In this document: positions 1 through 12,826 of the stretch, one piece after another
Position numbering within the stretch: position 1 is the first letter of the stretch
How the letters are laid out: each line of letters begins with the position of its first letter
Assembly: GCA_032718475.1 (NCBI GenBank)
Contig: JAUCBJ010004063.1
Coordinates: 1 to 64,000, forward strand
Source of the DNA: Nemertoderma westbladi
Lineage: Eukaryota > Animalia > Xenacoelomorpha
DNA length: 64,000 bases
Direction: 5' to 3'
The notes under the pieces: model-generated
What the model saw: only the letters and a program-made list of their open reading frames with translations
What the model was told of the DNA's origin: nothing
The model's database searches: none
Position numbers and translations under genes: made by a program

Positions 1-590
1 ACATTTAAAGAAATTTGGGTAGACTTTACCAAATGGTTGCGCTCGTTTTTTAGGGGTTCTTAAACATAGCAACGGAGGAAATTGCCATAGCAACAGCTCT
101 TATAGTAAATATGACGAGTTAAAATTTATGAAAGATTAATATTTTGGGCATGAAGAATTTAATGGCATTTTTAGATTTTTGAAAAGCATAGCAACCAAGT
201 GAAAACGACCTTCAAAGTTATCAGTATTGACAATGTCCTTAGCAATGGGCTTTAAACGGGCGTAACAATTTGCAGTGGTTGTAACGTCATGGGATCAGAG
301 TCTACCACCAATATATCAAGTCTTAGGAACAATATGCACTACTTAATTGCTTGCAGTTGCCATGGCAACGTGTAACTTTGGCAAGAAACGGGCTGTATAT
401 TAGCCGTAGCGTCATTAAAATCAGCCTGCACCCCGGCACCCCCACTATATCGAGTATAAGGAAAAATATGCAATATGTTTCATTTTCTAGATGCCATGGC
501 AACTTGTCAGAATTGTTAACAAAAGTGTTTTTCATATCACTTAGCTGTTTTGACTACATAAAAGAGCGAATTTTGAAAGAAAAGTGATTA
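1..590. mobile_element. Fragment of a dispersed non-autonomous repeat rich in X-box-like (GTTGCCATGGCAAC) motifs
   Basis: Repeated CATAGCAAC/CATGGCAAC motifs (81-94, 356-369, 490-503) in non-coding AT-rich sequence. Termini not visible. Confidence 0.35.
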
Positions 591-822
591 AATGTTACGT
601 ATATTTAAGAGATATTACATTTGTCATTACTTGCCCTATAACATTCTTAAATAAATGAAATTACATTGTGTTAAGAATCGCAATTACGACAGTAATCAGG
701 GCACATAACACCGTTAGGCCTACAAGAACGAGAACAGTGCGCATGCGAGCCACTAGGGGGGCAATGTCCCACATCTGTATTAAAGATCTATGTAGGGCAG
801 CTCAGTCATATATAAAATACCT

Positions 823-1832
823 ACGGGGTCATAGGCTGGAGCCTGTAAGACACGGGGTCATAGGCTGGAGCCTGTATGACACGGGGTCATAGGCTGGAGC
901 CTGTATGACACGGGGTCATAGACTGGAGCCCGTATGACACCGGGTCATAGGCTGGAGCCTGTAAGACACGGGGTCATAGACTGGAGCCTGTATGACACGG
1001 GGTCATAGATTGGAGCCTGTATGACACGGGTGATAGACTGGAGCCTGTACGGGATCATAGGCTGGAGCCTGTATGACACGGGATCATAGGCTGGAGCCTG
1101 TATGACACGGGGTCATAGGCTGGAGCCTGTATGACACGGGGTCATAGACTGGAGCCTGTATGACACGGGGTCATAGGCTGGAGCCTGTATGACACGGGGT
1201 CATAGGCTGGAGCCTGTAAGACACGGGGTCATAGGCTGGAGCCTGTATGACACGGGGTCATAGGCTGGAGCCTGTATGACACGGGGTCATAGACTGGAGC
1301 CCGTATGACACCGGGTCATAGGCTGGAGCCTGTAAGACACGGGGTCATAGACTGGAGCCTGTATGACACGGGGTCATAGGCTGGAGCCTGTATGACACGG
1401 GGTCATAGACTGGAGCCCGTATGACACCGGGTCATAGGCTGGAGCCTGTAAGACACGGGGTCATAGGTTGGAGCCTGTATGACACGGGGTCATAGGCTGG
1501 AGCCTGTATGACACGGGGTCATAGGCTGGAGCCTGTATGACACGGGGTCATAGACTGGAGCCCGTATGACACCGGGTCATAGGCTGGAGCCTGTATGACA
1601 CGGGGTCATAGGCCTGGAGTCTGTATGACACGGGGTCATAGGCTGGAGCCTGTATGACACGGGGTCATAGGCTGGAGCATGTATGATACGGGGTCATAGG
1701 CTGGAGTCTGTATGACACGAGGTCATAGGCTGGAGCCTGTATGACACGGGGTCATAGGCTGGAGCCTGTATGACACGGGGTCATAGGCTGGAGTCTGTAT
1801 GACACGGGGTCATAGGCTGGAGTCTGTATGAC
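823..1832 (+). repeat. 29-bp tandem array, about 35 copies
   Basis: Unit GACACGGGGTCATAGGCTGGAGCCTGTAT with internal inverted repeat AGGCT-GG-AGCCT. Confidence 0.97.
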
Positions 1833-2261
1833 TACGTTATGCACGCATTTAAAGATGTTTGTCGTTGAGTTAGCCTGGTCGCGTGGTTGAAAGAATTAGC
1901 GCGCTTTTGAAAATAAATGGTCCCCAAAGTTTTCGACGAACGACAGATTAGCTATAATTATAGGACCAACAATCAGAATATCTGAAATTTGGTAGGTCTA
2001 CTAATTCTGCTGCTGCGCGAAGCCTCATGTAGACTTCGTGTTTCGCCAACCTCGCAGGATAGAGAACACCACGGTTAATTTATACTTTTATTTTCAAAAA
2101 TAGCACAGTCGTTAGGAGAACACCTGTATCACTCATATCATATAGATTCGCCACGATCTCTGCTCATTGTAGATATAGTTTATTAAAGGCCGTTTCAAAA
2201 GTATTATACTACACTGGATCACTGTAGACACTGAAAATTACGAAAATGCTAAAATATGACG

Positions 2262-2560
2262 TTTTGTGAGTATTGACCATTGTTTCGGGCCACTTTTTGT
2301 GAGTATTGACCATTGTTTCGGGCCACTTTTTGTGAGTATTGACCATTGTTTCGGGCCACTTTTTGTGAGTATTGACCATTGTTTCGGGCCACTTTTTGTG
2401 AGTATTGACCATTGTTTCGGGCCACTTTTTGTGAGTATTGACCATTGTTTCGGGCCACTTTTTGTGAGTATTGACCATTGTTTCGGGCCCCTTTTTGTGA
2501 GTATTGACCATTGTTTCGGGTCACTTTTTGTGAGTATTTGACCATTGTTTCGGGCCATTT
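2262..2560 (+). repeat. 33-bp tandem array, about 9 copies
   Basis: Unit TTTTTGTGAGTATTGACCATTGTTTCGGGCCAC. It produces the 11-aa periodic ORFs. Confidence 0.95.
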
Positions 2561-3549
2561 TTTGTGTTTTTAACAAGGACGGGGATATTCTGAGAAGTTT
2601 AATGGAATGGCAGAGAATCACGCAAAATTATATTGAATTAAATGACAATTTTAATGCGACAATACTGGATATGCCTTTTCTGCATTTTGGTATTCAAAAT
2701 TAGTTAAACGTAGTGCACATAACCTTATTCTATAGGATTTTCAGGGATGATTAAATTGATAATCAAAACATGAAACTGAAGGTGTGCCATTTGTTGGGTG
2801 GCCGAATTTGGCTCTGCGCTCAGATGATGATTCGCTTCTCTGATGTCGCTTCTGATGACACGCTTCTGATGTCAGTTTTCAATCTTGGACAAATTTACTC
2901 TGGCTGTCTGTCGGAATGTCTGTCTGTCTGTCAAAATATAATAAAACACACGAAACATCGAAAAGTTTTGCTTTGGGGTTTTTCCATGTCGCTGATTTCA
3001 TTTCCGATGTCAGTTTTATTTTTGGTTGAATTTTGTCTGTCTATCTATTTTTAAGGAAAATAATGTTAATTTTATTTTTATGGAAACAAGCCCTAGTATA
3101 ATCGTCATATCTCCAAAACTAAACATGCTGAGAAGTCATAACATATATATATAAATTCTGCACAAAAATCTACTAAAATACGGTTTTTGTATTTTTTAAC
3201 CTAAAAAAGGTGGAGTCCCCCCATTCACGTTTATAGACGTTCCCGGTTTACCTTGTGGCGGTATATAGTAAAATGTGTTTTTTTTCTAAGTTGGCCTATA
3301 AATTTGAGCAATTCTCATAAAAAATTAGGTTAAAAAAGTGTTTTCAAGAATTGACATTGTTAAGCACGTCTTGTAAATCAATCAAAGGGGACAATATAAT
3401 TTATTTGATGTGTTCAAAATATATACAAGGTAGGATTATGCTAAGTATGGTTGAGAGTCGAAAGAGTGTGTAACGATGCGCGCACACCATATACCTCATT
3501 TTATAAACTTTATTTGGTTGTTAAATATTATCTTGTGATTTAATTATAG

Positions 3550-3576
3550 GTAGCAGGATTATATAATCCCCCAACG
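3550..3576 (+). CDS. CAMK2: Candidate CaMKII linker micro-exon (27 nt, VAGLYNPPT)
   Basis: Acceptor ttaattatAG and donor acg|GTGAGA. Phase 0-0, compatible with the downstream phase-0 linker exon at 7942. Confidence 0.45.
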
Positions 3577-3802
3577 GTGAGACATTGTTTACGCATCGAT
3601 CGACCTTTCCTGTTTGTCTGGATATTGGGCTTTAATGAACTATAACTATATAACATTTTTGTTTGAACAGTTTAATAGTTTAATTGGAATTAATTATAAT
3701 AAATTATAATTAACTATGTTATCTCGTAACATAATCAATCCATTAGATTTAAAATCTAACCTTTTAGATTGTGTGACAATTTCATGAGTTAACTATGTAA
3801 AA

Positions 3803-4120
3803 ATTTCGTTAGTTAACTAATTAACAATTTCGTTAGTTAACTTTTAACAATTTCGTTAGTTAACTATTTAACAATTTCGTTAGTTAACTATTTAACAGTT
3901 TCGTTAGTTAACTATTTAACAATTTTGTTAGTTAACTATTTAACAATTTCGTTAGTTAACTATTTAACAATTTCGTTAGTTAACTATTTAACAATTTCGT
4001 TAGTTAACTATTTAACAATTTCGTTAGTTAACTTTCAACAATTTCGTTAGTTAACTAATTAACAATTTCGTTAGTTAACTATTTAACAATTTCATTGGTT
4101 AACTAATTAACAATTTTGCT
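3803..4120 (+). repeat. 24-bp AT-rich tandem array, about 13 copies
   Basis: Unit AACAATTTCGTTAGTTAACTATTT containing the palindrome TAGTTAACTA. Confidence 0.93.
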
Positions 4121-4459
4121 AATTCATTAAGTAATTGATAGTATTCTTAAATAATTTATATATAATACCGGGGTACTGCTTTGAAACTCATTTCTCTGTT
4201 GTGCTTTTCTGGTTCATTCGTTTTCTACAATATGGTTGTCTGGTGGTGGAATCTTTATTTTTTTATCTTATTTGTTTTAAAGTAAAATTATAACAAACTC
4301 CCTTTCTGTGTGTGGAACTTCTTTCATACGTAATATTTAAACTTTACATACAGTTTTGGAACAGACTAGCGGACAGAGATAATTTGCCCGGCACTAAACT
4401 TTATGCTAAGGCCCTCTGACATGGGTAATGCGGCATTAGTTCGTTTGGCCGTTAGACCG

Positions 4460-6868
4460 ACAGACCTAACACCCAACTAACCTAACTCCCGAAGGACCTA
4501 ACGCCCGACGGACCAAACTTACGACGGACCTAACGGCCGACGGACCTAACGGCCGACGGACCTAACACCCGACGGACCTAACGCCCAACGGACCTAACGC
4601 CCGACTGACCTAACGCCCAACTGACCTAACTCCCGACAGACCTAACGCCCAACGAACCTAACGCCCAACGGACCTAACGCCCGACTGATCTAACGCCCAA
4701 CTGACCTAACTCCCGACAGACCTAACGCACAACTGACCTAACGCCCAACGGACCTAACGACCGACGGACCTAACGGCCGACGGACCTAACGCCCAACGGA
4801 CCTAACGCCCAACGGACCTAACGACCGACGGACCTAACGGCCGACGGACCTAACTTACGGCGGACCTAACGGCCGACGGACCTAACACCCGACTGACCTA
4901 ACGCCCAACGGACCTAACGCCTGACTGACCTAACGCACAACTGACCTAACGCCCAACGGACCTAACGACCGACGGACCTAACGCCCAACGGACCTAACGC
5001 CCAACGGACCTAACGACCGACGGACCTAACGGCCGACGGACCTAACGCCCAACGGACCTAACGCCCAACGGACCTAACGCCCAACGTAGCTAACGCCCAA
5101 CGGACCTAACGCCCGACGGACCTAACTCCCAACTCACCTAACGCACAGCTGACCTAACTCCCGACGGACCTAACGCCCGACGGACATAACGCCCGACGGA
5201 CCTAACGGCCGACGGACCTAACGCCCAACGGACCTAACGCCCAACGGACCTAACGCCCAACGGAGCTAACGCCCAACGGACCTAACGCACAACTGACCTA
5301 ACTCCCGACGGACATAACGCCCGACGGACATAACGCCCGACGGACCTAACGCCCAACGGACCTAACGCCCAACGGAGCTAACGCCCAACGGACCTAACGC
5401 CCGACGGACCTAACTCCCAACTGACCTAAAGGCCTGTTTACACGTGGCAACTTTTAGAGCAACTTTCTCGGCAACTTGTAGAGCAACCCAGGTTGCCGAT
5501 CAAGTTGCTCCGTGTAAACACGTAAAAAAGTTGCTGTAAAAGTTGCTCAACTTTTACGGCAACTTGAAGGAAATTGCGTTGACGAATAATAAATTAAATT
5601 ATCAAAAACTAGCTAGTAGATAAAATGACCCACTATTTTACAGTCAAACTAGCCAAATTGCTCTAAAAGTTGCCGGCCAAGTTGCTGGTAAAGTTGCCAC
5701 GTGTAAACAGGCCTTAACGCACAACTGACCTAACTCCCGACGGACATAACGCCCGACGGACCTAACGGCCGACGGACCTAACGCCCAACGGAGCTAACGC
5801 CCAACGGACCTAACGCCCGACGGACCTAACTCCCAACTGACCTAACGCCCGATGGACCTAACGCCCGACGGACATAACGCCCGACGGACCTAACGCCCGA
5901 CGGACCTAACGCTCGACGGACCTAATTCCCAACGGACCTAACTCCCAACTGACCTAACGCCCGATGGACCTAACGCCCGACGGACATAACGCCCAACGGA
6001 CCTAACGCTCGACGGACCTAATTCCCAACGGACCTAACTCCCAACTGACCTAACGGCCGACGGACCTAACGCCCAACGGAGCTAACGCCCAACGGACCTA
6101 ACGCCCGACGGACCTAACTCCCAGCTGACCTAACGCCCGATGGACCTAACGCCCGACGGACATAACGCCCAACGGACCTAACGCCCAACGGAGCTAACGC
6201 CCAACGGACCTAACGCCCAACTGACCTAACGCCCGACGGACCTAACGCCCAACGGACCTAACGCCCAACGGAGCTAACGCCCAACGGACCTAACGCCCAA
6301 CTGACCTAACGCCCGACGGACCTAACGCCCAACGGACCTAACGCCCAACGGAGCTAACTCCCGACGGACCTAACGCCCGACGGACCTAACGCTCGACGGA
6401 CCTAACTCCCAACTGACCTAACACACAACTGACCTAACTACCGACGGACGTAACGCCCGACGGACATAACGCCCGACGGACCTAACGGCCGACGGACCTA
6501 ACGCCCAATGGACCTAACACCCAACGGAGCTAACTCCCGACGGACCTAACGCCCGACTGACATAACGCCCAACGAACCTAACGCCAAACGTACCTATCAC
6601 CCGATTGAACTAACGCCCAACTGACCTAACGCCCAACGGACCTATCGCCCGATTGACCTAACGCCCATCTGACCTACCCCCCGACGGACCTAACGCCCAA
6701 CTTTCCTAACGTCCAACTTTCCTAACGCCCAACTGACCTCACGCCCGACTGACCTGACGCCCAACTGACTTAACGCCCGACGGACCTAACGCCTATGGAC
6801 CTAACGCCCAACTGACCTAACGCCCTACGGAACTAACGCCTAACGGACCTATCGCCCAACTGACCTAA
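4460..6868 (+). repeat. 16-bp diverged tandem array (about 130 copies), interrupted by a MITE
   Basis: Unit GACCTAACGCCC(A/G)AC(G/T). A short inverted copy precedes the array near 4435-4460. Confidence 0.95.
5430..5714. mobile_element. PIF/Harbinger-type MITE (285 bp)
   Basis: TIR AGGCCTGTTTACACGTGGCAACTTT / AAAGTTGCCACGTGTAAACAGGCCT. TSD TAA at 5427-5429 and 5715-5717. Removing it restores a perfect satellite unit (GACC-TAA-CGCACAAC). Confidence 0.9.
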
Positions 6869-6966
6869 TAGTACACATATTTATTGATTGTTTCCCCTTA
6901 TATCTGACAATGAATATTTATATACATTAATCTGATTTTTCCACAAATTATGTTTATTCATTTTAG

Positions 6967-6996
6967 GACGACAAGATAAACACGCTGGTAGTTTCC
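6967..6996 (+). CDS. CAMK2: Candidate CaMKII linker micro-exon DDKINTL(VVS), with two in-frame donors
   Basis: Acceptor tttattcattttAG. Donors GTAGTT (6988) and GTACGT (6997), both phase 0. Confidence 0.55.
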
Positions 6997-7941
6997 GTAC
7001 GTATCCCTCATATTTCCTTTCACAATTTAGTTTTTAGCTTTTCCCCAGCAGCCGCACATATTTATTAGTATTTACACACACTGGCCCACTTAAAACCGCA
7101 CAACTATCACCACCGTACGTAGCATTGCACATATCCGGTATCATATTATAGACACTAAACTAATAGTGAAGACTAAAACTCACATAAACGTTTGGAACAT
7201 AAATGTAGATGATGTTTTAGTTTAAATTTGGGAATCTACATAACCTACCAGTGGCACCAAAAGGTGTACAAGCAGGTCTTTAATCAATATCAATATCCGC
7301 GTTCTATCTGTCGGTCTGTATATCGGCTAATGTCAAGGCTAATAATAACTCAGTCAAGCTATGACGAAATTCAACCAAACTTGGCACACATGTTAAGCGA
7401 GTTAATATAATGGAACGTTGCCTTACATACGTAAGCATACGCGAATAAAGTAAAGACCCTTCTTACTCGTCATAAATATTTATCATTTGGTACACATGTA
7501 GTCTGTCAAAACTCCGAAATAGAATAGTGCATGGGAGAACTCAGAAGCTCTCCAGTCTGCATCTAGATAGCGATTAGGGTCGGTTGATATAGTGGTAACT
7601 TAATCTAAGCATGCTGCGGGTAGGCCCCGCCAACTTGTAGTTTGAGCCTTTAGCTTCACATCTCAGACACACTCAACACATTTCGTATTCACCTAGATTT
7701 AGTTTCATTTTCTTTATTTTATCTGCAATATTTATATTACGTTTGCCTTTCTGAAATCTGACGTAGTTAATAATAAATTATTAACAGGATTAGGATTAAT
7801 TAATATTGTAAAGTCCATTGAATATGTCTATAAATGAAAGAATAAATTATGAAACTGATGAAAATTAGAATGATGTACATGAAACTTATGACCTCTGTCT
7901 GCGTTCCAAGTTCCAGCTGATGTCTGTTGTTTTATTTGTAG

Positions 7942-7993
7942 GAGTCGACAGAGAGCAACCCCGCCGTACCTCCAGAAGACGAAGATATTAAAG
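7942..7993 (+). CDS. CAMK2: CaMKII conserved linker exon ESTESNPAVPPEDEDIK
   Basis: Matches the CaMKII ESTESSNTTIEDEDVK motif. Acceptor tttatttgtAG, donor aaag|GTTAGT, phase 0-1. Confidence 0.9.
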
Positions 7994-8107
7994 GTTAGTT
8001 ATAAATCTTATCAACCAGCTTCAATTTGAATCTAGTAACGGCATTCGCTAATACAGGAAAATTTTATTATGTAAATCGACCTTTTCTACATCTTTTTCAT
8101 CCCGTAG

Positions 8108-8311
8108 ACAATAAGACGAAGCATCCGATTACTTCTACCGCTGGTGTATCTATACCACCGGTATCCAGCCCTCCTATTGCGTCATCTAACATCCGGTCTG
8201 CCATGGCTTCCGTTGTGGCAGGAGCTGCTGCAGCAACAAGAGCCTCACAATCCACTATCGTATCCTCTGATACCGTTGTTGCCATGACTACATCTACAAG
8301 TACATTGCTCG
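8108..8311 (+). CDS. CAMK2: Candidate alternative CaMKII linker cassette exon (68 codons, S/T/A/P-rich)
   Basis: Polypyrimidine acceptor catctttttcatcccgtAG, donor ctcg|GTATAC. Symmetric phase 1-1, stop-free and GC-richer than its flanks. Confidence 0.65.
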
Positions 8312-8719
8312 GTATACTCACTCACTCACACCTTTTGTTTTTTTCGCACAATCCACGTGTCATCCAATTTTCAATTACGACTGCTTTGTTTATTATTACC
8401 CAGCGCATGAGTTAATTTATATTCTATAAGTTAAGCGGGTCTTAACCACCTACTGAAAAAATTGGTTTATTTTTCCCAATTTATATTTAGTAATTTCACC
8501 TCAGGTGTATATTTAAATTTGATTGTAATTAACGAATCAAATTTAATATTGACAGTTAGTTAAAAACATTGCCGTATGGGGGTTCCGAGCGAAATCGTAA
8601 TCGCTTATAATTTTGTAGATTTTATTGATAAAATATATAATATATAATTGTATTACATCTGAAGTGCCTCTGTGATGTGAAATAACTATAGTATGAAGAT
8701 AAAACCATTTGCTTCACTA

Positions 8720-11700
8720 CTACTACTACTACTATAATCGGCCTGCTGCATTGAAACTGCACATTAAGATGCTTTGCCAACTTAACAAATACATTTTGTC
8801 ACCACCATGAAATCCACAATTGGCAAGCCCAATGCAGCGTGCATTAATAATGCTATGCCGGCTTATCAACAAAGTTGCACCGCCACAACTCCCTATCCTC
8901 CATGACTGGAGATTCGAGATTATCCGCATCTTCAAGGCCAGTGTCCTACTTTAAAAGGCGTCTTATGAAATTCATTGCCTGTCCACCATGCTTATTTTCT
9001 CCATAGGGCTGACATAGCACAAGATTGTGCACAGGCTGGTCCTTACGCCGAAAACAATGTCCTGCAAAGCGGAGGCTGCTTGTTCTAGTGTCAAGCTTGG
9101 GGGAACCAATGAGACACCTCCAATATTATATCGTGTCTGGTTGGAGATGTGTGCATTGTACTTGACACAGTGAACCCCGCGTAGCATTCTTGTGAATGTG
9201 CCATCCAGAGATTTGGTGTCCTCAGCAGTTAGGCCCAGCATGACTTCCATAGAGGAGTACTGGAACTACTGCTGCTCTAAATCATCGGACCTTAAGTTTC
9301 CGATTAATTCTCTGCGCTTCCAAATTCTGGAAAGCCCATTCAAAGCTGCCCATGCCTTTCCCTTACGTATTCGAATGTCGTCATCTGACTTCCGGATCCA
9401 TGATCTCAGGTCACATAAGTCGTCCATATGCTCAAGCATACCATCCTTTGAGCTTGTACTCATCCGATCAGAGATTTGCTGAGGACTTTCAAAGTTAACT
9501 GTCAAAATTTTGGTATTTCTGGAGTTAATAAAAAGACCAACACTAGATGCAGCATGTTCTAATGAGCTGAGGAGCCGTTGGGCTTCCTCTAGGGATATTG
9601 AGAGTACTCCTAAGTTATTAGGTACTTGGCAGGATTTCCTCGACTTCTGGAGCCAGTAGGTGGAGTTATCATCACCCCATCATCATTATGATGATCTAAG
9701 GACATGCGTAGAACATAGTCAACCACAATTATGAACAAGAATGGCGCAAGTGTGTCTCCTTGGAGGACACCCCATAACACTTCAAATGGTTCTGTGTCAC
9801 CGTCAACAGTAGACACAAGTGTTGTCGAACCATCGTATACTGATCTGATTGCTGCAATAATTTCATCAGGAATCCCATATAATGAAAGTATGCTGAACAT
9901 ACGTGAGCGGGAGACTGAATCAAAGGCCTTGAAGAAGTCAACAAATATAACAGCCAGATGCCTGTCTTTCTTTTTTGATAACTCTTCAATTATCCTTCTA
10001 AGTGCCAAAATGGGCTCCATGGTCCCACGACCTTTACGGAACCCATTCTGATTTCCACGGAGCAGTCTCCCAATGGGATCCCTGATGCGATTTAATAGAA
10101 TTCTATTGTATAGCTTTGCAGCAATCGAGATCAATAAGATTCCCCGAAAAGAACCATAGAGTGTTAGGTTGCCCTTCTTGGGAACTGGCACCAACTTATT
10201 TGTTTTCATTTCTTGTGGGACTCTTGTCGTTCTGTACATGTTTTCTATGATGGGATTAATGAGATTCAAACACTCAGGTATTTTAAAGAACACCATCTAC
10301 TCCACTGGCACGTTTAGTCTTAATGCTCTTTGCAGCAGCCTTCACATCAGCAAAGGAGATATCGCCAATCGGAATATATGGGAGTACAGACTCAGACACT
10401 TTTATTTCTATAAAGTTATCAGACAATACCCTGTCATTATTGAGGAGATTTTCAAAGTGGGCCTTCCAACTATTGAGGCGATTGGCTGGTGATTCTGCCC
10501 TAACCTTGGTGGTTGGTTGGCTTTTCCGCCCAGTCAGCAAGTTGATCGATTCCCATGCCTGGGATGATTGCCTGCTGTCGTCAGCATCATTGATAGTATG
10601 TTGGTTTATAAGCTCCTGTAGATTAACAGAATACCATTTTACACCATTTTGGTCCAAAATATATCGAAATTATTTTCATGATCGATTATAATGCACCATT
10701 GAATGGTGTTTCCAAATCTTAAAACCGCTATTTAATAGCTCTTTTAGTTTTAAAGTTATAACAATTTTCATTTAGGGAGACCAATTGAAATTAGTATTAC
10801 TATGTATAATGAAAGGTCGATTATCTCCAAATATTTTTTTTATGAAATTGTCAACTTAAAAACCCTACTACTTCTTCTTTGAGCAATTAGTCTGAAAGTT
10901 TATGTGGGTGTCTACATAGCCACCCTGCATAAAAGTATCACAACTTTTTGAAATTTTTTGTTGATAATATTTAATACTATTTATAACAAATCTAAAAAGT
11001 TTGCATAAATTTGCAGCGCCACCTAGCGGTCCAGATTGATTTTCACAAAATTTCCACTGATAGTTATGTTGCCCCATCTTCGATCTATCATATAAAAACT
11101 TTCATGTGATTGTATTCAAAACTGTAAAAGCCTTAGGGTTTTAAGCGCAACCAAGTTTTTTTTATTGTTAACTAGTATTAACTAATATTAAATAGCGAAA
11201 AATAAAATTTTTCTGACCTGTAATGTAGAATAGCATCTTAGGCACTTATATTCCAAATTATAGCCAAAACCAAACAATTTTGAAACGCTGAGAGTGATAA
11301 ATCGAACAGTTGTCCGAAAATGGTGTACCCCCCCCCCCCCCCCCCCCCCCCCCCTCCCTCCCTCTCCCTATCTCCCTCTTACCTGCATTCTTGGCCACTG
11401 TAGTCCGTTTCAATCGAGACTCTTTCTGCGCCTTATAGAGGTCATTCCGCACTTCCGAATTGTGTGGTCAGACCTGGGGGGCTTTTTCCTGTTTCGAGGG
11501 TATACAGGGACTGTTAGTGCAGCTGCTAACTGAACTGCTTCTGTGAAGGCAGTATAGCCCTCGCAGTGATCTGCCGCCTCAGAGACAAGAACTTCATACC
11601 TGTTGCTCAGCTGTAGTGTGAAGCCATCTCACACTTGGCTGTTGCAACAGAGAGGACCAGTCATGCCGCGGCAAGGCAGATTTCGTTGTTCTGCTAGCAC

Positions 11701-12826
11701 GCAGACTAAGTCTTACCTTGGCCACAATAAGGCGGTGATCACTGGAGAAGGGTCGAAGTGTAAATGCATTACAGTCTTGTATAGAGCTCCTGTATTTCCT
11801 ACGAAACAGAATATGGTCTATCTGGGACTTGTGACCACTGGGTCCACTATAAGTCCATAGCTTTTCAGTTAGCTTCTTGAATTGGGTTCCAGTCGAAAAG
11901 CCATTTCTAGAGATAAAATCCTGAAGATGGACGGAATTTCGGTTAACACTATTGCTATAGACCCAGGGCGATGTAGGTGATTGATGCAGACTTGCATTAA
12001 AGTCTCCCAGGAATGTTAAGAATGCATGCTGATCCACTCCATCAGTAGCTGCTTGTAGATTGTGGTAGAAATTTTCCACCTCTACTGGGGCAACACTAGT
12101 TGAAGAAAAACACACAATCAGAACCACCTTAGGAAACTTCCTAGCCAGTCTTCCAGAACATGTGAAGTGGCAACGGATGATGCGGTTAGAGATTTGGTCT
12201 ATTTTGTCCAATGCTGCATGTGCAGTTGGATTCATCAATAGACCAATTCCACCATTGCCATTATCATCTGCTGATGCGAGGGCGAATCACCAACCGCCCC
12301 CCATGTCCTTAATCAGAACCTTATCAGTCTGTCCAGTCTGCATTCGGTGCTCTTGAACACCCACTCCGATAAGAGAAAGCTTATCTGCCAAGGCAGACAG
12401 TCACCTTGTCGCATTGAGGACCCGAGTGTTAGGGTGATAACTGAGGCTATTTCAGTGAATTGCCTCGGTTCACCAATGGCTTGTTTGGTCGGGGTAGATG
12501 GAACATGAGAGTAACCTCCAACTCCTGAATCCAACCCCCCCACCCCCCCTAACAATCTGGCCTCCCTGGTGACCCAGGGTTTGGGCCTGAAAGGTCATCA
12601 GGAAAGGAACTCACAGAATTGTTGGCCGCTCTCGCTCCAGTAGGAGGTGAGACAGGCAGCCGGTCAGGAGTTAACTGACGCCTGTGAGGCCAATTGTGTC
12701 CGGTAATTCCACTGGCCTCTAGTGGCCGGAACTCCGCATTACTAATGTAATCCATAGTGGGGGGTTGGGGTGCTTTTTTGCTTTGTCAGCTCTCAGCAAA
12801 AAAATGCACCCCATAGTGTGAAGTAT
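8720..12826 (-). mobile_element. Degenerate near full-length RTE-like non-LTR retrotransposon (APE endonuclease and RT pseudogene) in a CaMKII intron
   Basis: EN motifs LGDFNA, SQIDHIL, SDHRL (11594-12238). RT motifs NQNGFRKGR, FVDFFKAFDSV, GVLQGDTLAPFLF (9610-10296). (TAG)n 3' tail at 8717-8734. About 28-bp TSD TATGAAGATAAAA(C/T)CATTTGCTTCACTA at 8692-8719 and 12827-12854. Frameshifts and stops are present and the catalytic ADD motif is not visible. Confidence 0.9.
10640..11327. mobile_element. Non-autonomous TIR element nested in the LINE
   Basis: AT-rich insert splits the LINE ORF. Imperfect TIR TACACCATTTTGGTCCAA / TTGTCCGAAAATGGTGTA, followed by a poly-C run. Confidence 0.7.

Noticed and set aside
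4354-4423. Possible CaMKII exon FWNRLADRDNLPGTKLYAKAL*
   Set aside because: In-frame stop before the donor and no similarity to CaMKII. It cannot be distinguished from chance splice-like signals.
4460-6868. Interstitial telomere
   Set aside because: CCTAAC occurs only once per 16-bp unit. There is no (TTAGGG)n or (TTAGG)n run.
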